NCBI GenBank assembly: GCA_034189385.1
Contig: JAXHVD010000001.1
Location: 96,001 to 160,000, forward strand
Source of the DNA: Thermodesulfobacteriota bacterium
GTDB lineage: Bacteria > Desulfobacterota > Desulfobacteria > Desulfobacterales > C00003060
Reading direction: 5' to 3'
Length of the DNA stretch: 64,000 nucleotides
The position numbers and the translations under genes were made by a program. A model generated the notes under the pieces. That model was not told the origin of the DNA and did no database searches. It saw only the letters and a program-made list of their open reading frames with translations. Every line of letters begins with the position of its first letter. Position 1 is the first letter of the stretch. Shown here one piece after another: positions 42,397-49,570 of the stretch.

Positions 42397-43096
42397 GAAC
42401 CACCTCTAACATAGTTCTTTCCAGGTCCTTCTTTACGATGGGGCTGTCGGCCCTGTGGTCTTGGCCCTTTACAGAGATCGCTTGAGGGATTTTCTGGGGG
42501 CTGCGGAGCACCAGTATATGCTTACAGAACTTGGAGACTTCCAGCACATTGTGGGAGATGTAGAGAAAGGATCTTGTGGGAAACATCTCCTTGGTCTTGA
42601 GGATGATATGTTCTTTGGTGCGTTCGTCAACATTGGCCAGGCTTTCATCCATGATCAGGAGATCAAAATCCTGCAACAGATAGCGAGTGAGATTTGCCCG
42701 GTTCTGTTCTCCCAAAGAGAGCTGAGAGAATCGGGAACTCAGAAATGGCTTGAGACCAAACTGGTGGGCTAGATCTTGGAGCTTGTCCTGATTGGATAGG
42801 GGCGCTACCTCCTTCAGGTGTTCTTCCACGCTACACCATGGAGGCAACCGTTCCAAGTTGTAAGAATAGAGAACACGGCCTTGCCCGTTCGTGGTGCTGA
42901 TGTGACCTGTATGTGTGCTGATCTGCCCGGAAAGGATCTTTGCCAGGGTGGTTTTGCCAACCCCTGAGGGGCCAAAGAGACTGTGGAACCCGGCACCCTG
43001 TATTTGGAAGATGAGGTTCCTGAACACATAGGCATCGGTGCCAGGATATTTGAAGGAGAGCTGGTTGGCTTCTATTGACATCTGCTGCTGGGTCAT
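42386..43096 (-). CDS. ABC transporter ATP-binding protein (divergent signature)
   Basis: GPSGVGKT, LSLGEQNR, LIMDES, ISHN. Confidence 0.87.
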   Translation of the reverse strand: MTQQQMSIEANQLSFKYPGTDAYVFRNLIFQIQGAGFHSLFGPSGVGKTTLAKILSGQISTHTGHISTTNGQGRVLYSYNLERLPPWCSVEEHLKEVAPLSNQDKLQDLAHQFGLKPFLSSRFSQLSLGEQNRANLTRYLLQDFDLLIMDESLANVDERTKEHIILKTKEMFPTRSFLYISHNVLEVSKFCKHILVLRSPQKIPQAISVKGQDHRADSPIVKKDLERTMLEVVHAV

Positions 43097-43206
43097 GGAA
43101 GACAGCGTTTTCTATGGAACATCCGCCCCAATCCCCCTGCCTTTCATCCCTGCCGGAAAACATACGAAACGGTCCGCGTTGGCGGGTATCGATTGTTTAT
43201 TGTCTA

Positions 43207-44022
43207 TCAAAGAACGCCCTTTGGCATCGGTTCTGAATACTCCCCACCCAATACATAGCCGCCGTCAATCCTAAGCGTGCTCCCTGTCATGAAAGGGGCA
43301 TCTCTCACGATAAAGAGTACGGCTTTGACCACGTCTTCAATAGTGCCGATGCGCCCAAGGGGGGTGTGATTAATGATTCCCAGGCGCTGGCTTTCGTTCA
43401 GCACACCCCAGCCTCGGGTGTCTGGCCCGTGGCGTGTTTCTACCAAGCCCAGCATCACTTCGTTAACGCGTACCTCAGGCGCAGCTTCTCGGGCCCAGGT
43501 CTCAGTGAACGAGGACACAGCCCGGTTCGCTGCTGCGTATCCATCGTTGAACACCCGCCCAGCCGGGCCACTCCTTCCCATGAGGCCAGCGATGGAGGAA
43601 ATATTGACCACGACACCGTCGCCAGATGCCTTGAGGTGGGAGATAGCCGACCGGTAAACCCACCATTTTGCACGCAACGTGGTGGCCATCTCCAGGTCCC
43701 ACTGCTCTCGGTTGTATGGGCCGTGTACCACAGGCCACCCACCACGCTCTATATTGTTAATGAGAATGTCGAGGCGGCCGAATTTACTCACAGCGCTATC
43801 CACAAGAGAGGGGATCTTGTCTGTGTCCAAGAGGTTTGTCCTGACGACATGAAACTCAGCGGCCGAATCACGAAAGTCCTGCTCCATTTGCTCAAGAGAT
43901 TCTTCCCAGTCATAATAATTCAGACATACCTTGACACCCTCTTTGGCCAAGGCCAGGCCGATTCCTTTGCCGATTCCCTTGATAGCGCCCAACACAAGGG
44001 CAGCCTTTCCCTTTAGCTCCAT
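43207..44022 (-). CDS. SDR family oxidoreductase (atypical active site)
   Basis: GAIKGIG, GRLDILINN, NISS, YAAAN, TPLGRIG, TGSTLRIDGG. Confidence 0.9.
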   Translation of the reverse strand: MELKGKAALVLGAIKGIGKGIGLALAKEGVKVCLNYYDWEESLEQMEQDFRDSAAEFHVVRTNLLDTDKIPSLVDSAVSKFGRLDILINNIERGGWPVVHGPYNREQWDLEMATTLRAKWWVYRSAISHLKASGDGVVVNISSIAGLMGRSGPAGRVFNDGYAAANRAVSSFTETWAREAAPEVRVNEVMLGLVETRHGPDTRGWGVLNESQRLGIINHTPLGRIGTIEDVVKAVLFIVRDAPFMTGSTLRIDGGYVLGGEYSEPMPKGVL

Positions 44023-44747
44023 GACCCCTCTCCAAACAGGGCTGCCTTGATCCACTCCATGGAGAATTGCAGCAGGGCAACATCATTGTCACGAATCGTT
44101 TCGAGTCCATCCTCTGGCAAAGGACATTCTTCCCAAAGCCTCTTGTCAAATGTAAAGTCCCTGAACCGGTCCAGGTCATAAAAGGCCATAGAAAAAAGAT
44201 CGTCCTCTGACGGCGTCAGCCTTGCCCTGTTGCTTCGATTTTTTAAGGCCAGGACCTCCATAATCAAGTCATTCATCTCATTGTAGATGCTCAATCCCTG
44301 GTCTTTTTTCCATTCGGCAACTGTCCATCGTCTAGGCTCGTTAAAACCCAGGCAGTGGGGCTCTTTGATGAGGAAGTATGATTCCTCACAACGGCCTCCA
44401 TGCGGCTTTCTTGCGGCCATTCGACCGAGAGGATAGGTGCGGCACGACCCTGGCCTGTCATCATAGACGGTGCAGCCCTCAGGCCCGACAAATGGGCAGC
44501 GGAGATTTTCGTCCTGTAGCATTCTCAGGGAGACCACTGGCAGGCCGCTTCTCGGTCCAATGTGACACTCCGTGTACTGCTCCAGGAATCGCTGTGATGA
44601 GACTCGTTGGGCGTTCTTTAAACGGAGTATGTCATAAGGCGTCAGGAATTGATTCAAGTCTCGGCAGCAGTCATTAAAACACGCTATTCCGGGATGGCAA
44701 GAAAACTGGAACGTGTCATCCAGGTCCACTCTTATAAGATTCTCCAT
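44013..44747 (-). CDS. YkgJ family cysteine-cluster protein, paralog 3
   Basis: CHPGIACFNDCC...CPFVGPEGCTVYDDRPGSCRTYPLG...HCLG; overlaps the SDR start. Confidence 0.9.
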   Translation of the reverse strand: MENLIRVDLDDTFQFSCHPGIACFNDCCRDLNQFLTPYDILRLKNAQRVSSQRFLEQYTECHIGPRSGLPVVSLRMLQDENLRCPFVGPEGCTVYDDRPGSCRTYPLGRMAARKPHGGRCEESYFLIKEPHCLGFNEPRRWTVAEWKKDQGLSIYNEMNDLIMEVLALKNRSNRARLTPSEDDLFSMAFYDLDRFRDFTFDKRLWEECPLPEDGLETIRDNDVALLQFSMEWIKAALFGEGSWS

Positions 44748-44782
44748 GCTTGCCTACCCTCTCAATGTTGAATTCCAGTTCA

Positions 44783-45002
44783 TTGAACCCTCCCCGTGGC
44801 GACTCGACTGAGCTCGCCGAAGTCAAGCCCCGGGGAATGTTCTCCCTGACGGGAGAGCTCTGCGGCACCGTAAGGTTGTTCTCTTTTTAACTATACGCTC
44901 GCTAACCCCGCAGCCCGCGCCGCGCTAGCACTGCCAGCAGGCAGAACCTACGGGGGCTGCGGTAGCTCTCCTGTGGAGAATGCGCTCGCTTATTCGGTTC
45001 AA
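44783..45002. mobile_element. MITE/REP-like non-coding element
   Basis: Terminal inverted repeat ttgaacc/ggttcaa; subterminal GC hairpins (ccccg...cgggg, ccgcagccc...gggctgcgg); direct repeat cgctcgct occurs twice. Confidence 0.5.
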
Positions 45003-45167
45003 GGAACGGGCCCTTTTCCCCTACCATTTCGCTGCACATCAAGTCAACATGGATGGGCTCAGACAACATGCCTGTCCCGTGTCGCTGACCTTGGAGACGG
45101 GGCCCATATAGTCTCGCCTATGTTCATGTTTTCTGCGTAGTTTTTCCTTGAAACGGCCTTAAAAATG

Positions 45168-45198
45168 CCTTGACAATAGGCTCCTGTGGTGATAGACA
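45168..45198 (+). promoter_or_regulatory. Putative promoter upstream of aprBA
   Basis: TTGACA 45170-45175, N17, TAGACA 45193-45198; same layout as before sat. Confidence 0.55.
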
Positions 45199-45665
45199 GA
45201 GAGCACCTTCTGGGGGGCCATGTAAGCCCTTGACTTTCTTGATAACATTTCCCAGCTTCCCTCGTGCCGAATCGGCATTCTAGGGACGATTTTGCATGTG
45301 TTAGACCCGCCTGAGGTCAGGTCAACCAAGAGGCGGGAGAGTGATCCATACACCAGAGGTTTGGCCGGGCAGCACCTCTTTTTTTCTCCTTTTCGAAAAG
45401 CCCTGCGTCGGTTTACCGAAGGGACTGGAAAAGCAGGAGCGTGAAGCCACGGATGTTGACACAGTGGCAGCGGTGCTGCGGGTTGAACCATGAGATCCCT
45501 GACAGTGTTCAAGGGTCTTTCTGAAAGAAATTAGTTGAAAGGGGGGATGTGAAAGCACTTGTCTGTTAAGGGGGAGATGGCCAGTTACCTGAGTGCGTGT
45601 GTGAGACATCTCTCCAAACATGGTTAACAGGAGTAGTAAAAAAAATTGATTCAGGAGGTAGATCA

Positions 45666-46097
45666 ATGCCAAGTTTCGTAATTCAAGAAAAATGTGATGG
45701 ATGCAAAGGCGGGGAGAAGACTGCCTGTATGTACATCTGTCCCAATGACCTGATGGTCTTGGACGCTACTGCAATGAAGGCCTATAACCAAGAACCGGAT
45801 CAGTGTTGGGAGTGCTTCTCCTGCGTGAAGATTTGCCCCACCCAGGCCATTGAGGTCAGGGGCTATTCTGATTTTGTTCCCCTTGGCTCCAGCATCATGC
45901 CCATGAGAGGTACCGAGGATGTCATGTGGACCTGTAAATTCAGAAACGGCATGATCAAGCGCTTCAAGTTTCCTATCCGGACCACCCCGGAAGGTGCGGC
46001 CAACGAGTACGGAGCTCTGAAGGGCCAGGATCTTAATAGTGGTTTGCTCGCCACTGAGGAGGCCGACGGCAAGGCATTGCCCACGCCCCAGGTCTAG
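45666..46097 (+). CDS. aprB: Adenylylsulfate reductase beta subunit
   Basis: MPSFV..EKCDGCKGGEKTACMYICPNDLM, CWECFSCVKICP, KRFKFPIRTTPEG; AGGAGG SD. Confidence 0.98.
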   Translation: MPSFVIQEKCDGCKGGEKTACMYICPNDLMVLDATAMKAYNQEPDQCWECFSCVKICPTQAIEVRGYSDFVPLGSSIMPMRGTEDVMWTCKFRNGMIKRFKFPIRTTPEGAANEYGALKGQDLNSGLLATEEADGKALPTPQV

Positions 46098-46158
46098 TGA
46101 GGGCCTGTTAGGAGGCGTTTGATCGAACAAAGAATTTATCATTAAGGAGGGTACGAAT

Positions 46159-48120
46159 ATGGCATTACCTAACAAACCGACCGGAGAGCTTCTGGCGGTA
46201 AGAGATCCGGAAGTGGAGGAAAGAGAAGTCGATCTGTTGATTATCGGTGGTGGAATGGCCGCCTGTGGTGCTGCCTTTGAGATCAAGAAATGGGCTGGCG
46301 ACAAGAGCATTCTTCTTGTCGACAAGGCGGCTCTGGAACGAAGCGGCGCCGTAGCCCAGGGGCTTTCGGCCATCAACACCTATATTGGCGAAAATGCGAT
46401 CGAAGACTACGTCAGGATGGTCAGAAACGACCTCATGGGTATCACCCGCGATGATCTGGTCTATGATGTGGGCCGTCACGTGGATGACTCCGTCCATCTC
46501 TTTGAAGAGTGGGGGCTGCCCGTTTGGAAGAAACACCCGGAAACGGGGAAGAACGTCGACGGCGCCAAGGGCGTTGAGCTCGGCTCGTTAAAAAGCGGGG
46601 CCGAGCCCGTGCGCACCGGCAAATGGCAGATCATGATCAACGGGGAGTCTTACAAGTGCATCGTGGCAGAGGCTGGCAAGAAGGCCCTTGGTGAAGAGAA
46701 TATCCTAGAGAGGGTCTACATCACGAAGCTTCTCCTGGATGCCAACAAGGAGAACACCGTTGCTGGTGCTTATGGCTTCAGCGTCCGTGAGAACAAGGTG
46801 TTCATTATCAAGGCCAAGGCCACGATGGTTGCCTGCGGCGGCGCAGTAAACATTTACATGCCTCGCTCCCAGGGTGAGGGCAAGGGCCGTGCATGGTTTC
46901 CGGTATGGAACTCCGGCTCCGGCTACACCCTTTGCATGCAGGCCGGTGCCGAGTTGACCATGATGGAAAACCGGTTCACCCCAACCCGTTTCAAGGACGG
47001 TTACGGTCCTGTAGGCGCTTGGTTCCTGCTCTTCAAGGCCAAGTGCGTCAATGGATTGGGTGAGAACTATCTGGCCAGTGATTTCACCAAGGCGGAACTC
47101 GACAAGTATGCACCTTACGGTCACGCGGCCGTGACGCCTACCTGCCTGAGGAACCACGTCATGCTGGCAGAGATGAAAGAGGGCCGTGGCCCCATCATCA
47201 TGGACACTGCTACTGCCCTGCAGAACATCGCCAAAGAGCTGGACAAGAAAGAACTCAAGCACCTCGAGTCCGAGGCCTGGGAAGACTTTCTGGATATGAC
47301 CTGCGGCCAGGCGAACCTGTGGTGCGCCAATAACGTGGAGCCCGAAAAGGTGAACTCAGAGATCATGCCCACGGAGCCCTATCTGCTCGGTTCTCATTCG
47401 GGCTGCTGCGGTGTCTGGGCTGGCGGGCCGATGGAAGACTGGAACGACGATTCCTACAAGACCGGTTACAACCGCATGACGACCGTCAATGGCCTCTTTA
47501 TCGCCGGTGACGTTGTCGGCGCCTCAGGGCACAAGTTCTCCTCAGGCTCCCATGCCGAGGGACGTATTGCCGCCAAGGCAATGGTCAAATATGTGACCGA
47601 CAATGCGGACTATGCTCCTGCGCCCACGGAGTCTGCACAGGAGATCGTAGACTACCTGTGGCAGCCGGTGAGACTCTTCCTGGATAACTATGAGTATACC
47701 ACCATGAATGACGTCAACCCGAATTACATCAAGCCTTCGGGCTTTTCCATGCGGATGATGAAGGCCACCAACGAGTACGGCGGCGGCTGGGCCACCTACT
47801 ATCAGACCAGCGGTAAGAACCTGGAGATTCTCATGGATATGTTCAAGGTCATGCATGAGGACTCTTTTAAACTGGGTGCCGGCGACCTGCATGAACTCCT
47901 CCGGGCCCATGAGATGAGACACCGGCTCTGGACCGTTGAGGCCCATAACCGGCACATCCAGTTTAGGGAGGAGTCCCGCTATCCCGGATTTTACTACAGG
48001 GCGGACTTCCCGAACACCGATGATGCAAATTGGTTCTGCTACACCAATTCCAAGTTTGATCCCAAGACTGGAGAGTGGTCTTTGTTTAAGAAGGACTACG
48101 TCAAAATCGTTCCTGACTAG
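46159..48120 (+). CDS. aprA: Adenylylsulfate reductase alpha subunit
   Basis: GGGMAACG, ERSGAVAQGLSAINTY, GKWQIMINGESYK, GHKFSSGSHAEGR, REESRYPGFYYR. Confidence 0.98.
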   Translation: MALPNKPTGELLAVRDPEVEEREVDLLIIGGGMAACGAAFEIKKWAGDKSILLVDKAALERSGAVAQGLSAINTYIGENAIEDYVRMVRNDLMGITRDDLVYDVGRHVDDSVHLFEEWGLPVWKKHPETGKNVDGAKGVELGSLKSGAEPVRTGKWQIMINGESYKCIVAEAGKKALGEENILERVYITKLLLDANKENTVAGAYGFSVRENKVFIIKAKATMVACGGAVNIYMPRSQGEGKGRAWFPVWNSGSGYTLCMQAGAELTMMENRFTPTRFKDGYGPVGAWFLLFKAKCVNGLGENYLASDFTKAELDKYAPYGHAAVTPTCLRNHVMLAEMKEGRGPIIMDTATALQNIAKELDKKELKHLESEAWEDFLDMTCGQANLWCANNVEPEKVNSEIMPTEPYLLGSHSGCCGVWAGGPMEDWNDDSYKTGYNRMTTVNGLFIAGDVVGASGHKFSSGSHAEGRIAAKAMVKYVTDNADYAPAPTESAQEIVDYLWQPVRLFLDNYEYTTMNDVNPNYIKPSGFSMRMMKATNEYGGGWATYYQTSGKNLEILMDMFKVMHEDSFKLGAGDLHELLRAHEMRHRLWTVEAHNRHIQFREESRYPGFYYRADFPNTDDANWFCYTNSKFDPKTGEWSLFKKDYVKIVPD

Positions 48121-48158
48121 GCAGAGCCATCCCTGTTTTTCGGGATAATATGTGAAGA

Positions 48159-48196
48159 CTCCAGGTGCCGCAAGAGCGGCACCTGGAGATTTTTTT
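48159..48196 (+). terminator. Intrinsic terminator after aprA
   Basis: 13-bp stem ctccaggtgccgc / gcggcacctggag, 4-nt loop, then aTTTTTTT. Confidence 0.85.
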
Positions 48197-48275
48197 AATC
48201 TGAGTTCCCAAGGCGTCTTTCTCGCCATATCATGTGCATTTTTCGGAAATGATTTCAGAGTGACGGAGGAGGAGC

Positions 48276-49559
48276 ATGACAGAAGAACAAAGACCTGAAG
48301 ATCAGAATGCCAAGGGCAGCATACTTGTTGTAGGAGGAGGTATCAGCGGGCTGACGGCAGCCCTGGAGGCTGCTGAAGTTGGCTACGGGGTTATTCTGGT
48401 GGAGAAGAATCCTTACCTGGGCGGCAGGGTGACTCAATTGAAGCATTACTTCCCCAAGCTGTGTCCTCCCACTTGCGGCCTGGAGATCAACTTCAGACGG
48501 ATCAAGGACAACCCCAGGATTAGCTTCTACACCCTAGCGGAGATCCAGAGCATCTCAGGGGGGGCAGGCAACTACGATGTGAGCGTGAAACTGAATCCCC
48601 GCTACGTGAACGAAAAGTGCACATGTTGCGGCGAATGTGAGCGAGTTTGCACGACGAAGATTCCCAATGAATTCAACTTTGGAATGGACACGACGACAGG
48701 GGCCTATCTCCCCAGTGAGATGGCCTTTCCCATGCGGTATGTGATTTCTCCGAAGATTCTTGGCACGGACGACGCCAAGAAGTGCGTCGAGGCCTGTCAG
48801 TACGATGCCATTGACCTGGAGATGCAGCCAGAGACCATCAATCTCAAGGTGGGGGCCATTATCTGGGCCACAGGCTGGAGGCCCTATGATGCTGCCAAGA
48901 TAGATAACCTGGGATTCCAGTACGAGAATGTCATTACGAACATGATGATGGAGCGCTTGGCGTCCCTTGACGGGCCCACTGAGGGTAAGGTCGTTCGCCC
49001 GTCGGACAGCAAGGGGATCTCAAAGATTGCCTTTGTTCAATGCGCGGGCTCAAGGGATGAGAACCATTTGCCATACTGCTCCTACATTTGCTGCATGGCC
49101 TCCTTGAAACAGGCCACCTATGTAAGGGAGCAGTTCCCTGAGGCGAAGATCTATGTCTTTTACATAGACATCAGGGCACCTGGATTCCGATATGAGAAGT
49201 TTTACAAGAAGATCAAAGACGATGAGAACATTTTCTTCATTAAGGGAAAGGTCGCTGAAGTCCAAGAAGATACAGACACAAAGGACATCACAGTGGTGGC
49301 AGAGGATGCCGTTACTGGGGAAAAACTCCAAGAGACGGTGGACATGGCGGTGCTGGCCACTGGGATGGTCCCCAACACGGCGGACACGAAGTTGCCAGGT
49401 GACGTCAAGTGCGATCCTGACGGCTTTGTGATTTCAGACCTTGACAAAGGGGGAATGTTTGCCACAGGTTGCGCAGTGAAGCCGTTAGATGTGGTCTCAT
49501 CCAACCAACATGCCACGGGCATGGCCCTTAAGGCTATTCAAACTCTGGTGAGCAGCTAG
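48276..49559 (+). CDS. qmoA: Quinone-interacting membrane-bound oxidoreductase subunit A (HdrA-like)
   Basis: GGGISG, YFPKLCPPTCGLE, FVQCAGSRDENHLPYCSYICCMASLKQ; position after aprA. Confidence 0.95.
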   Translation: MTEEQRPEDQNAKGSILVVGGGISGLTAALEAAEVGYGVILVEKNPYLGGRVTQLKHYFPKLCPPTCGLEINFRRIKDNPRISFYTLAEIQSISGGAGNYDVSVKLNPRYVNEKCTCCGECERVCTTKIPNEFNFGMDTTTGAYLPSEMAFPMRYVISPKILGTDDAKKCVEACQYDAIDLEMQPETINLKVGAIIWATGWRPYDAAKIDNLGFQYENVITNMMMERLASLDGPTEGKVVRPSDSKGISKIAFVQCAGSRDENHLPYCSYICCMASLKQATYVREQFPEAKIYVFYIDIRAPGFRYEKFYKKIKDDENIFFIKGKVAEVQEDTDTKDITVVAEDAVTGEKLQETVDMAVLATGMVPNTADTKLPGDVKCDPDGFVISDLDKGGMFATGCAVKPLDVVSSNQHATGMALKAIQTLVSS

Positions 49560-49570
49560 GAGGTAACGAA

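Noticed and set aside
45100..45665. Rex operator upstream of aprB or sat
   Set aside because: No convincing TTGTGAA-N4-TTCACAA-like site found by eye; a PWM scan would be needed.
45666..46097. Short (143-aa) AprB tail as evidence of sulfur disproportionation
   Set aside because: Tail length varies by lineage and is not a reliable marker on its own.
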